Assembly: GCA_963666975.2 (NCBI GenBank) | Contig: CAXVYR010000003.1 | Span: forward strand, 608,001-672,000 | DNA from: Terriglobia bacterium | GTDB taxonomy: Bacteria > Acidobacteriota > Terriglobia > 2-12-FULL-54-10 | Direction of reading: 5' to 3' | Length of the DNA: 64,000 bases | Part shown: positions 10,043-22,423 of the stretch, in pieces | How the letters are laid out: each line of letters begins with the position of its first letter | Position numbering within the stretch: position 1 is the first letter of the stretch | Notes under the pieces: model-generated | Database searches by the model: none | The model's input: the letters and a program-made list of their open reading frames with translations, nothing else | Told to the model about the DNA's origin: nothing | Made by a program: the position numbers and the translations under genes

Positions 10043-11119
10043 TTAGTTAGGGGCGGCGCGGCCTCGTGCCACGCTTTGGACCGTGCTTTTCTCAGCGGCG
10101 GGGGGCGGCTGCGCACTGATTGTGCTCAAACCGAGGCTCTTTCTCAGCTCGGTCATCAGTTTGTCGCGCAGGTCCGTGTTGTCTCGCAGAAAAGTGCGGG
10201 CGTTTTCGCGGCCTTGCCCAATCCTCTCGCTGCCGTAGGAAAACCAGGAGCCGCTCTTCTCGATGAAACGCTTTTCCACCGCCATGTCTAAAAGGTCGCC
10301 CTCTTTGGATATCCCCTCACCATAGAGAATATCGAACTCGGCGTTGCGAAACGGGGCGGCCACTTTGTTCTTCACCACTTTGACACGGGTGCGGTTGCCC
10401 ACTACCTGCTCGCCTTCCTTGATAGCGGCGATCCGCCGGATATCAACCCGGACGGACGAGTAAAACTTCAGCGCCCGGCCTCCGGTGGTTGTTTCCGGAT
10501 TCCCGAACATGACTCCGATCTTCTCCCGAATCTGATTAATAAACAGGAGGCAGGTGTTCGACCGGGCGACAACCCCCGAGAGCTTCCGCAATGCCTGCGA
10601 CATCAAACGGGCCTGCAATCCCATATGGGAGTCACCCATCTCCCCGTCCAACTCCGCTTTGGGGACCAGCGCCGCCACTGAATCCACCACCACGATGTCG
10701 ATCGCGTTGGAGCGGACCAGGGCTTCAACGATCTCCAAGGCCTGCTCCCCGTAGTCGGGTTGCGAAACCAGCAGGTTGTCTATGTCGACTCCCAGTTTGC
10801 GTGCATAGGCGGGGTCGAGCGCGTGTTCGGCGTCGATGAAGGCGGCCATCCCTTTTTGCTTCTGCGCTTCCGCGATCACTTGCAAAGCGACCGTCGTTTT
10901 GCCGCTGGACTCCGGGCCAAAGATCTCCACCACGCGTCCTCGCGGCATGCCGCCCACGCCCAGCGCGTTGTCAAAGGAGAGAGAGCCCGTGGAGATGACG
11001 GAAACCGGAACCACATCCTTCGCTCCCAAACGGATGATGGAACCCTTGCCGAACTGCTTTTCGATTTGTGTCATCGCCAGATCAATGGCTCGCGTCCGTT
11101 CCAGCTCTTTTTCCGCCAT
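10043..11119 (-). CDS. recA: Recombinase A
   Basis: [43 protein letters not shown]. Confidence 0.99.
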   Translation of the reverse strand: MAEKELERTRAIDLAMTQIEKQFGKGSIIRLGAKDVVPVSVISTGSLSFDNALGVGGMPRGRVVEIFGPESSGKTTVALQVIAEAQKQKGMAAFIDAEHALDPAYARKLGVDIDNLLVSQPDYGEQALEIVEALVRSNAIDIVVVDSVAALVPKAELDGEMGDSHMGLQARLMSQALRKLSGVVARSNTCLLFINQIREKIGVMFGNPETTTGGRALKFYSSVRVDIRRIAAIKEGEQVVGNRTRVKVVKNKVAAPFRNAEFDILYGEGISKEGDLLDMAVEKRFIEKSGSWFSYGSERIGQGRENARTFLRDNTDLRDKLMTELRKSLGLSTISAQPPPAAEKSTVQSVARGRAAPN

Positions 11120-11189
11120 AAAGGCATCTCCTTAAGGTAGTTTACTGTTTCCAGTGCCTAGGCATAAATCCAGTTTAGTGGGAAACTGT

Positions 11190-11195
11190 ATTATA
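11190..11195 (-). promoter_or_regulatory. Candidate -10 box (TATAAT) for recA
   Basis: Perfect TATAAT on the minus strand ~70 bp upstream of recA; -35 match is weak. Confidence 0.3.
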
Positions 11196-11398
11196 GTTGC
11201 TGCGGTTCTGGATTGCAGCGGAAATCTTTTGACCGAGCCTCAACCCCGGGATGGTATAACGGCTATTTTTACGAGGCGGCGAGTGGCAGGACGATCTGTC
11301 TTTAGGGAACAGGCCGTGCGCGTGGTGAAAAATGCGCCGCAACGAAAGCAGATGGACGTATAATCCTCGCAACCAGGCGTTGAAAAAGGAAATTCTGG

Positions 11399-13787
11399 AT
11401 GATTCCGACACCACGGACATTGCCGGTCGGGAAAAAAATGCCTCCGCGCAAAAGGAACAAATGGCCGCAGGCTCTTGTCCAGATCGTTGCAGTGCTGGCC
11501 TTTTTCAGCCCGTTCGTTTGCAGGGCGGAATACATCAAGGCCGTGAACTACTTCGGCAAGTCTTGGCCGGTGGCATTCTGGAATTCCGACCTTTCGGAAG
11601 TTTCGGCGGATTTGCAGGACATTCGACGCGACGGCTTCAACTCCATCATTCTGATTGTTCCTTGGGGAGAGTTTCAGCCGGGTCTCGATCCCATACACTT
11701 CAATGACGATGCCTACCATCGCCTTACGTCGGTATGTAACCAAGCCCACTCGGCCGGGTTCAAGGTGTTCCTGCGGGTCTCCTACACTTGGGATTTCTAC
11801 CCAAGCGTACAGCAACCCAACACTGACCGTACCAATGGACTGATCAGCGGCGCCTCTCTGATCCCTGCTTGGGACCAGTACTTGGCGAAGATCAACGCGG
11901 CAACACGAAGATGCAGCGAGGGCGCATTCATTTCCTGGGAAGACTTCTGGGATGCTATCGCGAAATCAGAAAACCTCAAGACCCCAGAAGAAAGAGCCGC
12001 ATACTCAAAGCAGATGGGTTATGCCGCGTGGATCGATCAACACGCGGACAACACCTATAAGGCCCGCTATGCAGCGGACCTCAGAAAATTTGGCGTTTAT
12101 CCCATTCCCAACCGGGACAACCCGGACTACGAAATGGTCTTCCAGTATTTTGACGACCAAATGATGAATAAGCTCTTGCCCGTGCTCGCGAAGAATTTCC
12201 GGCAAGCGAGCGTGGAGGCCCGCATCGACAGCGATCCGATCTATAACGGAAAAGAGCTGTTGAAGTGGCACGCCCACCCGCAGCACTACTCGGTGACGTC
12301 TTCGGATTTTCTGATGACCTATTGGGCGCCCGGGATGGACGCTGTGAATCAGGGTGAGAAGGATTCTTCGGAAAAAGTGATCGATCGCTTCAATACCCTG
12401 CACAGGAGTCTCCTCGCGCAGATACCCAAGCAGTTATTCATCGGACAGTGGCTGTTCAAGGACAATACCCCGGGCTTTCACTTCAACGCTCAGGTAAATC
12501 CGCCCGAGCTTAGCCGGTTTATTCGGGATTCCGCCCGGCCTCTGGCGCAATTCACTGCCGGCTATGCGCTTTGGAACTGGCGGGATTACAGGCGGAGCTA
12601 CCTCTTCAACGGCTTCTTCTCCCTAGGAAAACTCGGCTGGGATTTTTCCCCCGGCTCCAGTATCCAAACGTTCCCCGATGGCGCCTACGCGCAGCTTCCG
12701 CAGGGCCAATCCATTCACCAGGACATTCAGCGCATGCACGATCGTCACAAACGCAAAACGGTCAGGTTGCGGTTCACCGCACGAGGGAATGGGCGGGTTC
12801 GGGTCGATATCGGTTCGGCGTCACAGGAAGTCAATATCCAGGCCGCTCCGGGCGCCCGGGCGGTCGTCACGCTGCAATTTCCTACGCCGAGCCCTTCGGA
12901 ACCAACCTTGGCATCACCGCCTTGTCGGGAAGCATCCAACTCAAGGATCTCTATCTGTGGAGTTTCGAGCAGGTATCCAACGTCAGGTCGTTCGATAACT
13001 CTCCTAGCGACCACTATTACGATATTGTCGCGCTAAACCGGAAATTGGACGATCCGAAAACCTTGCTGTCGTCCGTCAGTGCGTCCAACGCCACCATCAA
13101 CTATCTCGCGGGAGCCGGACGTCCCGAGTCCGACGGTACACGGAAATTTGCGTGGGTTGGTCCGTATGCGAAGGTGAGGCTGAATGCAACGGCGCCAACG
13201 ATCGCGATCAATGGGTATATAGACATCGACATGTTCCGGAAGGCCAAACTGTTCCCTGCCGGATGCACGCTTGCGGCTTCGATCAATGGAAAGACGGTTG
13301 CGCAGAGGCTGTTCACCGCGAATCAACCCATCGCCATGAACGTCAATATCCCTCCTGAATCTCGGGGTGTTGTGACATTGTCCAGGTAAATCACCAGAAT
13401 CTCGACCTCCTCCCAGCACTCGCGCCAACAGTTCTTCCAGCCGCCGCGCTCCTTGCTCGGCCAACTTCCCCTGAAAAACAACTGCTCGATGAATCCCAAG
13501 GCAATGGGGCTTGGGGAGGATGGCCGAACGCTGAGTTACATAATCAATGACATCCAAGGCGAAAGCAGCGCCGAGGAAAACTAGAAGCCTGTGATTATTT
13601 CCCCCGCGAAGCCACTTGCAACCGGCTCAGGGCTTTGTGGAGCGCTACCGTGGTGCGGGTCATGTCATTGGAACTGAAAAACAACTGCTCGATGAATCCC
13701 AAGGCAATGGGGCTTGGGGAGGATGGCCGAACGCTGAGTTACATAATCAATGACATCCAAGGCGAAAGCAGCGCCGAGGAAAACTAG
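11399..13787 (+). pseudogene. Secreted glycoside-hydrolase-like (TIM barrel + beta-sandwich) gene, frameshifted near 12880 and interrupted by a 290-bp insertion at 13381-13670
   Basis: Signal-like N-terminus; NYF..W..FW...DLQDIRRDGFNSIILIVPW resembles GH-A clan N-termini; ORFs 11399-13036 and 12571-13389 join; natural C-terminus ELKNNCSMNPKAMGLGEDGRTLSY...* resumes at 13671. Confidence 0.6.
13380..13470 (-). mobile_element. ~90-bp internal fragment of the resident IS256 transposase
   Basis: Matches IS sequence tccaggtaaatcaccagaatctcgacctcc...ttgctcggcc with a few small indels. Confidence 0.9.
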
Positions 13788-13869
13788 AAGCCTGTGATTA
13801 TTTCCCCCGCGAAGCCACTTGCAACCGGCTCAGGGCTTTGTGGAGCGCTACCGTGGTGCGGTTCATGTC
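13471..13869. repeat. 196-bp direct duplication (13471-13666 and 13674-13869)
   Basis: Near-identical copies (one mismatch seen) covering the 3' ends of the GH-like gene and atpC. Confidence 0.93.
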
Positions 13870-14205
13870 GGTGTCCGGGTCCGGGTTGCTCAAGCGCCGC
13901 TCCGCCCGTTCCTTGGAGGCCTGAGCACGGGAGACATCGATATCGGAGGACTTTTCAGCGGTCTCCGCCAGAACCGTCACCTGCTCCGGCAGAACTTCCA
14001 CGAAACCCCAGCTCACCGCCAGACGGCGCAGTTCCCTGCCCTGGCGGTAAGTAATCTCACCAATCTTCAATTCGGAGAGCAGCGGCGCATGGCCGGCCAG
14101 GATGCCCAGATATCCTTCCTTGCCGGGCACCTGCATCTCTTCGGTTTCTTCCCGGACGACCTGCTGGGTAGGAGTAACAATTCGGAGGTGGAATGTTTGA
14201 GCCAT
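13798..14205 (-). CDS. atpC: F1 ATP synthase epsilon subunit
   Basis: FHLRIVTP, GYLGILAGHAPL, GFVEV...VTVLAETAE; start moved to MAQTF. Confidence 0.96.
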   Translation of the reverse strand: MAQTFHLRIVTPTQQVVREETEEMQVPGKEGYLGILAGHAPLLSELKIGEITYRQGRELRRLAVSWGFVEVLPEQVTVLAETAEKSSDIDVSRAQASKERAERRLSNPDPDTDMNRTTVALHKALSRLQVASRGK

Positions 14206-14227
14206 AATGCGCGCCGGCAGCCGGCCG

Positions 14228-15718
<1,491 letters not shown>

Positions 15719-15969
15719 TTAGAATTGCCGGGCGAGGATTGCCTGGCGGTCGAGGTGTCCGGTCGTCTTTGCCTTGTTCATCGCCCTGTTTATCAGGTTC
15801 ATCAGAAAACATTTTAGACCTTGTGCCGATGACGCCTCTGTGCCATCAGAGGAATCCGCAGACGAGCCCGCACCGGCGCTTGGCCCTAAAATTCGTAGCG
15901 CAATAGAATACATGGAGCGGCTTCTGTTTGTAAAGGACCGGTCGATGGGTAGTAGCGCTACAGTTTGAC

Positions 15970-16219
15970 GTCAGGGCACGACTTCAGTCGTGCCGTTCTC
16001 GTAGCAGCGTATGAGTCCTTCCGCACTGCCGTAGGCTCAAGCGGAGGCGACGCCGCAGCTCCACTGGAACGTGGCGCTAAGAGAGCGGAGGAATGTGGAA
16101 TCACGCCGCCTCAATCTTTTGATCCTGTCGCTGCGCGTGCTGCTCCGCTCCGGCCTGCGGCAGCGAGGTACAAATCATTCAAATGTCGTTTTTCGGCACG
16201 GTTAAAACCGTGCCCTGAC
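15970..16219. repeat. REP-doublet / REPIN-like composite inverted repeat
   Basis: gtcagggcacgacttcagtcgtgccg (15970-15995) is inverted relative to cggcacggttaaaaccgtgccctgac (16194-16219); nested inner IR 16026-16036 / 16153-16163. Confidence 0.75.
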
Positions 16220-16377
16220 GCTAAACATGGAGGATTAGGCAAGGCCCCCGCTCGGTCTAAGAAGCCCGGCCTAAAAAGATGGAGGCAACATGCAGGATAG
16301 ATCATAACTATTGAGGTTTACATAATATAGTGACACTTAGATTCGCTGGGCGGCCTTCTATAGGGCTTTTGTAGCCT

Positions 16378-16692
16378 GTGGAAATGTCACTATATTATGA
16401 AATGTTCAATAAGTGGCGGAATCGACATTTGGCTTTACCAGAGAAAAGGGAAGCCATTCGGGAACTTGCAGACGTGTTCGAGTGGCTCAAGAAGACCAAA
16501 GGTTTGACCGCTGTGTTAGACGGGAAAGACGAAGCAGCAATTTTCGACCTCGCCAACAACTTTGCTATTCGCCACCACAATCCGAAGCAGAAAACGAATT
16601 ACGATCCAGTCATCTGGTATTCATGGATCTTTCACTTTTACTTAGCGACATATCACGCAGCAATTCGCCTACTGCTCAGGAAAGCGGGGTAG
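16378..16692 (+). pseudogene. C-terminal fragment resembling AbiJ-NTD-associated proteins
   Basis: ELADVFE...DEAAIFDLANNFAIRHHNPKQKTNYD..W..W.F..YLATYHA recalled from that family; AT-rich; N-terminal part absent. Confidence 0.5.
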
Positions 16693-16965
16693 CCACGGTG
16701 AGTGTTTTTCCCTCAGCTTCGCTCGGGACAAGCCTCGCCGCGGTCTTTTCAGCGGCGTTTGCAAACCCACGGCAAATTGAAACTGTGAATTTGCCGTGGC
16801 TACCCATGCCCCACTACTTTTCGGTTGGTGCATAGACAGAGCCGCGCGCGGTGTCGGCAAGTTAATGCTTCCCCGTTCTGCCCTCCCCGACAGGGTATGT
16901 TTCCGAGCTGCTAAATTGGGATATTATCGTATGGTCCGTCGGGGGCGGTTGGATTCACAATTTTC

Positions 16966-18414
16966 GAGGGTGTCCCATACATAGTTGAAGGTTGAACGGC
17001 GGTTCGGCCCGAATCGAATAGAATCGGGCCAAGCCTAAATCCTATAGAAGGAGAACCGCCGAATGAAGGGAAAATATCACGTTTTGGAACTGGGTTCCAA
17101 GGGAGCCGAAGAAACCATCCAGAAGTTTTGCCAAACCAACGGACAGATGCTGTTGCCGGTGGTGGATCTGATCACGGAGGCGCGTCTGGCGTTGGATGAG
17201 GTGATTGATCGGGCCGGGCGAGGTTTGATTGAAACGATTCTGAGCATGAGCGCAGAGCAAATCGCGGGGCCAAAGAGTCCCGGGAAGGCGAGCGGAGAGG
17301 TGCGCTGGCATGGCCGGCAATTGGGGAGGGTGAAACTGGCCGATCGCCAGCTGCGGGTGGAGCGGCCCCGGCTGCGCCGGAAGGGCGGAGGGGAAGAAGC
17401 GGTGCCGGCCTACGAAGCGCTGCGGAAAAGCGAGAAGACGGGCGAGGAGATGTTCGAGGCACTGTTGAAAGGGGTTTCGACGCGGAACTACCGCGAGGTG
17501 ATCCCGGAGATGGCCAACAGCGCTGGGGTGTCGAAGTCTCAGGTGAGCCGGGAAGCGGCCGAGCAAGGAGCGCGGCGGCTGGAAGAACTGTTGGCGCGGC
17601 GCTGGGAGGAGGTCGAGATTCTGGTGATTTACCTGGACGGAATGCGGTTCGGCTCCCACCACGTCATCAGCGCCGTGGGCGTGGACAGCGAGGGCCGCAA
17701 GCATGTGCTGGGGATTCAACTGGGCGCGACCGAAAACGCCGCTGCGGTGAAAGACCTTCTCACCCGCCTGCGCCAGCAAGGTCTGCGCACGGATCAGCGC
17801 TATCTGTTTGTGATCGACGGCGCCAAAGCGCTCCGCGCGGGGATCGAGGAAGTATTCGGCAGCAATCAGCTGGTGCAGCGTTGCCGTACTCATAAGCTGC
17901 GCAACGTGGCTGAGCGGTTACCAAAGGGCGACAAAATGCTGGCGAATCAGGTGCGGTCGCTGATGCGCGCCGCCTGGCGATTGCCCCAAGCCGAGGAAGG
18001 CATCGTGCGCATAAAGAAGCTCGCTGGGATGATCGAGTGCGATCATCCGGCAGCAGCCGCCAGCTTGCGCGAAGGGTTGGAGGAGACCTTTACGATCAAT
18101 CGAGCCGACGTTCCTCCCAGCCTCCACCGCTGCCTGGCAACCACGAACCTCATCGAGAGCCCGCAGTCGGGCGTGCGGAAAAAGACTGGCAATGTTTGCC
18201 GCTGGCGCGACGGCGAGATGACGTTGCGCTGGGTGGCAGGAGCGTTTCTGCTGACCGAGAAGAATTTCCGGAAGATCATGGGTTATCACGATCTCTGGGC
18301 TTTGGCATCGATTCTCGGCCGAAGTCCAAACGCTGCTTCCTCTCACAAGGAGAAAGTGGCGTAATATGAACTCAACCCGCCGTCCCAACCTGCAACTGAG
18401 TTTGGGACACCTTC
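16966..18414 (+). mobile_element. IS256-family element copy 1 (1449 bp), TSD CAATTTTC
   Basis: Imperfect 29-bp TIRs GAGGGTGTCCCATAC... / GAAGGTGTCCCAAAC...; 8-bp TSD at 16958-16965 and 18415-18422. Confidence 0.97.
17063..18364 (+). CDS. IS256 (Mutator-type) DDE transposase
   Basis: IYLDG, VIDGAKAL, CRTH (CxxH), TTNLIES. Confidence 0.96.
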   Translation: MKGKYHVLELGSKGAEETIQKFCQTNGQMLLPVVDLITEARLALDEVIDRAGRGLIETILSMSAEQIAGPKSPGKASGEVRWHGRQLGRVKLADRQLRVERPRLRRKGGGEEAVPAYEALRKSEKTGEEMFEALLKGVSTRNYREVIPEMANSAGVSKSQVSREAAEQGARRLEELLARRWEEVEILVIYLDGMRFGSHHVISAVGVDSEGRKHVLGIQLGATENAAAVKDLLTRLRQQGLRTDQRYLFVIDGAKALRAGIEEVFGSNQLVQRCRTHKLRNVAERLPKGDKMLANQVRSLMRAAWRLPQAEEGIVRIKKLAGMIECDHPAAAASLREGLEETFTINRADVPPSLHRCLATTNLIESPQSGVRKKTGNVCRWRDGEMTLRWVAGAFLLTEKNFRKIMGYHDLWALASILGRSPNAASSHKEKVA

Positions 18415-18435
18415 CAATTTTCCGAAGGGCAAAAC

Positions 18436-19226
18436 ATGCAACGCAGGGGGATAATCAAACTCTTTGCAGCCGCAGCGGCGAGCCTCTGGACTAACCACCA
18501 GCTTCCCGCCAGTGCTTTCCTGCAAGCGGCAGTCCATGCCAGCGGCGCGCGGAAAGCGTCTGTTCGCCTTCTTCCTGTATCAATTGCCTCGGTATCACAA
18601 GATAACCCTCTGACCGAACCGCTGCTTCCTCTTTTCCCATTGTCGCTGGTCCTGTTTCCCCGCACGAATCTCCTGCTGCACATCTTTGAGGAGCGCTACA
18701 AGGAGATGATTCAGGACTGCCTGCGAAACCAATGGGAGTTTGGAGTGCTGCTGGTTCAGAATAGATCGTTTGAGAAAATCGGCTGCACCGCCTCCATATC
18801 GGAAGTGATCAACAAATACCCGGATGGCCGGATGGACATACTGGTTCGGGGACAGCGGCGTTTTGAAATCTTGATGCTGGACCAGGAGAAGTCTTATCTG
18901 CGCGGGAAGCCGCAATTCTTTGAGGATGAAGAAAGCGAGCCTCCCGGCGAGGAGTCCCGGCAGCAGGCCATCCATCTCTATGGCCGCCTGAGGGAATTGC
19001 TCAAATCAGAAGATCGGTCACGGAAGGAACCGCCGCCCACATTCACCGATCACCAACTTTCCTTTCAGCTTATGGCCAGTTGCCATTGGACCTGGGCGGG
19101 AAGCAACGTTTATTGGAACTTCGCTCGGAGCGCGAACGTCGGGACCGCGTGATTCGTTATATGCAGCAGTTGATCGATTTTTTGGAGCGTGCGCCCGGCC
19201 AGCGCGACCCAGCAGGCATGGCTTAG
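18436..19226 (+). pseudogene. Lon substrate-binding (LON-N) domain protein, frameshifted near 19076
   Basis: LPLFPL..VLFP...LHIFEERY; the expected LPLDL..KQRLLELRSERER C-terminus lies in another frame. Confidence 0.8.
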
Positions 19227-19350
19227 CAGGTTGTTGCGAAACTGGCGCACGGTCCGCTTCACTGGCCGGATGTGGCCGGATCGTGCCAGATCGTGCCAAA
19301 TCATGTATTATGCGCCTATTGAAAAACGTCGAAAAAGAAATAAGGAAAAC

Positions 19351-19818
19351 ATGAGCGCACAAAAATTCATCCCTATGTTAGTCATCATCATCGTGGTTGT
19401 TATCATCGCAGCTTTCGCGGTGACGCGCGGGCGCGCCCAAAGCGACAATTCCAGCCCCACGAAAGTGGAGGGAAAGCCAACCACAACCGATTCCGGCCTG
19501 CAATACTGGGAGATCAAGGCCGGAACAGGCGACACAGCGGTGGCGGGAAACCGGGTGAGAGTCCATTACACCGGCTGGCTGGCAGACGGCAAGAAATTCG
19601 ACAGCTCGGTAGATCGGGGACAACCGTTCGCGTTTTCGCTGGGAGCCGGAGAGGTGATTCCGGGCTGGGATCAAGGCGTGGCTGGTATGAAGGTGGGCGG
19701 CAAGCGGCAATTGCGAATTCCTCCCGAACTGGGCTATGGGGCTCGGGGAGCCGGAGGCGGCTTGATCCCGCCCAATGCGACATTGATTTTCGATGTGGAG
19801 TTGCTCGGCATCAGCTAA
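19351..19818 (+). CDS. FKBP-type peptidyl-prolyl isomerase, N-terminal anchor
   Basis: [45 protein letters not shown]. Confidence 0.95.
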   Translation: MSAQKFIPMLVIIIVVVIIAAFAVTRGRAQSDNSSPTKVEGKPTTTDSGLQYWEIKAGTGDTAVAGNRVRVHYTGWLADGKKFDSSVDRGQPFAFSLGAGEVIPGWDQGVAGMKVGGKRQLRIPPELGYGARGAGGGLIPPNATLIFDVELLGIS

Positions 19819-19972
19819 TGGCCTTCGCGGAAAGTTTTGGGAGCAAAGGAAGAATCGTCCGAACTGGTATACTGGAAATTCGCAAGAAGAAAAAAGCGGG
19901 CTCGCCAGTGAAAATTGGGTAAGCCTTTGGCTGCGCCTTAACTTTGGACTACGTGAAAACCTAGAGGTGAAT

Positions 19973-21040
19973 ATGGCTACTCCCCTGCAATCGCTCATTG
20001 AATCGGGAACTAAACTGTGGCTGGACTCAATCGACCCCGATCTGGTTCAGATCAACCGCGCGCTCGGAGCGACGGGCGCCACCTCGAACCCCATCATTAT
20101 TTCCGACCTGATCCAAAGCGGGCGTTTCGACCAGCAGATCAAGGAGTTCATGGAGAAAGGCGCCAGCGACGAGGAGATTGCATGGCGGCTGACCGACCTT
20201 TTGGTTTGCCAGGCGCAGGATGTCTTCCGGCCTGTCCATGAATCCACACGCGGCGATGACGGCTACGTCAGCTTTGAGCTCGATCCGTTGCTGGAGGACC
20301 CCGGCATCAACATGCCCCACGCCGAGCGGGTCAGCCGCTACATCGCTTTGGGGAAACAGTGGAGCCAGGGGCACAGCAATCGAATGATTAAAGTCCCGGC
20401 CACCCCGGCAGGGCTGGATTCGGTGGAAGAGATGGTAGCCGCCGGCATCACGCTGAATGTGACATTGATCTTCACTCCCTCTCAATATCGCCAAGCGCGC
20501 GAGGCGGTGTGGAGGGGAGCGCAGAGACGCGCAACGCTCGATGGGTTCAAATCGGTCTACAGCATCTTTGTCAGCCGCGTGGATGTATACACGGCCAAGC
20601 ACGTCCCGGAACTTTCCGCGCCGGCCCAGGGCACCGTTGGAATCGCCATTGCCAAGCGAGTATGGAAAGAAAATACGGAGTTTTGGGCAAGCCGGAAGCT
20701 CCCGCTGAAACAGGAAATGATCTTTGCCAGCACGGGCACCAAGGACCCGAAAGACGACCCCGGCAAATATGTGGAGGCTTTTGCAGGCTCCGACATCGAG
20801 ACGAACCCTCCGGCAACCAACGAGGCGGTCCAGGCCAGCGGCAAGTCCATAGTCCGCGCGGTGGATCAAATGCCGCCGGCCGAGGTGCTGGCGGAGATCG
20901 ACCGTCTTGTGGACATGAAGAAGCTCGAAGAGACACTGATGCGCGAGGGAGTTAAGAAATTTGCCGAGCCGCAAAAAGCGCTCATAGCTTTGATTGCCGG
21001 GAAGCGGACAATGCTGAAACCCATTGCCGCCGACCGGTAA
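19973..21040 (+). CDS. tal: Transaldolase
   Basis: [41 protein letters not shown]; GAGG RBS before the ATG. Confidence 0.9.
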   Translation: MATPLQSLIESGTKLWLDSIDPDLVQINRALGATGATSNPIIISDLIQSGRFDQQIKEFMEKGASDEEIAWRLTDLLVCQAQDVFRPVHESTRGDDGYVSFELDPLLEDPGINMPHAERVSRYIALGKQWSQGHSNRMIKVPATPAGLDSVEEMVAAGITLNVTLIFTPSQYRQAREAVWRGAQRRATLDGFKSVYSIFVSRVDVYTAKHVPELSAPAQGTVGIAIAKRVWKENTEFWASRKLPLKQEMIFASTGTKDPKDDPGKYVEAFAGSDIETNPPATNEAVQASGKSIVRAVDQMPPAEVLAEIDRLVDMKKLEETLMREGVKKFAEPQKALIALIAGKRTMLKPIAADR

Positions 21041-21135
21041 GGGACGCGAGCCTCGCTTCCCTGCCTCATCCTCGCGATTCTTGATTATTCTCCAGTCGGC
21101 TCCCGCGACCTCATACAGGAAAAAGGAGTATTGGA

Positions 21136-21819
21136 TTGAGTTTTTGGGGAGCCGCGATCGCTATTTTCAAAAAAGACCTCGTCTCCGAGTTGCGGACCAA
21201 GGAAGTCTTCAACGCCTCGGTTGTTTTTTCGCTGCTGGTCATTGTCATCTTCAGCATGGCGTTTGAGCCGAGCCGGTCACAGGCTCAGGGGCTTGCGGGC
21301 GGCCTGTTGTGGATTGCCTTCACTTTTTCAGCAGTGCTGGCCCTCGGCCGGACATTCGCGCGTGAAATGCCCAACGATTGTCTGTTGGGACTCCAAATGG
21401 CCCCCGTATCGCCCGCGGCGATCTACACGGGAAAACTGATCAGCAACATAGTTTTTCTCGGCTTGCTGGAACTGATCCTTCTGCCGCTATTCGCCCTTTT
21501 CTACAATTTAAGTTCTCGGATGTGGGAAACAGCGCCCTCTCTTCTGTGGATTGTGTTCTTGGGAAGCTGGGGGCTGGCGGCGGTCGGAACCACCTTCGCC
21601 GCCATCGCTTCCAGCGTGCGCCTGCGCGAGCTGATGCTGCCCGTGCTGCTGTTTCCTGTTGAAATTCCGCTGATCCTTGCGCTGGTGGAATCGACTACAG
21701 CCGTGATCCAGGGAGATTCGATTGTCGAGCCCCGGCTTTGGCTGAGAATCTGCCTTGGATTTGACGTGATATTCACTGTTATTTCCTTGTATTTATTTGA
21801 GTATGTATTGGAGGATTAG
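21136..21819 (+). CDS. ccmB: Heme exporter permease CcmB
   Basis: KDL..ELR, GLLWIAF.F, LMLPVLLFPV.IP; multiple TM segments. Confidence 0.9.
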   Translation: MSFWGAAIAIFKKDLVSELRTKEVFNASVVFSLLVIVIFSMAFEPSRSQAQGLAGGLLWIAFTFSAVLALGRTFAREMPNDCLLGLQMAPVSPAAIYTGKLISNIVFLGLLELILLPLFALFYNLSSRMWETAPSLLWIVFLGSWGLAAVGTTFAAIASSVRLRELMLPVLLFPVEIPLILALVESTTAVIQGDSIVEPRLWLRICLGFDVIFTVISLYLFEYVLED

Positions 21820-21955
21820 AAGCGGTCCTAAATGGGTAGCGGAAAGCGAGATTCAGGTGAAATCACGCGCCAGAAGGTGTAAACTGGAACAAGAGATGCA
21901 TCCGTTGCGATGCTGAAAGTAGCCATATAAACGGCTAGTAGAAAGGCAGGTCATT

Positions 21956-22393
21956 ATGCAGCCGAAACAGAAAAAAAATCTTAAGTTTGGAGCAGGAATG
22001 GGCGTGATCCTGATGACGCTTGCGTGGCTGGCCTACAGCGGAATTCAGGAGAGCAAGACTTACTACGTGACGGTGGATGAGTTGCAAGAAATGACAGAAG
22101 CCTATGATCGTCGGTTCCGCGTGGCAGGAAATGTGGCAGTGGGATCGATCCGGCGAGCGGAACGGCGCGTCGAGTTCCAGCTGGAGCAAAACGGCAAATT
22201 GCTTACGGTAGTGTACACGGGCACGGAGCCGTTGCCGGACACTCTGCAAGACCGGGCCGAAGCGATCGCTGACGGGCGGTATCTGCGCGACGGGAGTTTC
22301 CACGCGGAGACGGTTCAGGCGAAATGCGCCTCGAAGTACGAGGCCGCGCCGATGGCCGCTGGAACCGGCGGGGAAACCGGATCTGCCTACTAA
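21956..22393 (+). CDS. ccmE: Heme chaperone CcmE, CxxxY (System I*) type
   Basis: YYVTVDE, RVAG.V, LPD, AKCASKY. Confidence 0.93.
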   Translation: MQPKQKKNLKFGAGMGVILMTLAWLAYSGIQESKTYYVTVDELQEMTEAYDRRFRVAGNVAVGSIRRAERRVEFQLEQNGKLLTVVYTGTEPLPDTLQDRAEAIADGRYLRDGSFHAETVQAKCASKYEAAPMAAGTGGETGSAY

Positions 22394-22423
22394 GAAACCC
22401 TTCTTGTCCGGACAATAGATGAC

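Noticed and set aside
11120-11398. LexA box upstream of recA
   Set aside because: No convincing CTGT-N8-ACAG, GAAC-N4-GTTC or GTTC-N7-GTTC match was seen.
13471-13869. 196-bp duplication as attL/attR of an element integrated at atpC
   Set aside because: The copies are only 7 bp apart and no integrase is present.
15719-15968. Small ORFs upstream of atpD as an atpG remnant
   Set aside because: No similarity to the conserved AtpG C-terminus (RQAxIT.E) in the frames examined.
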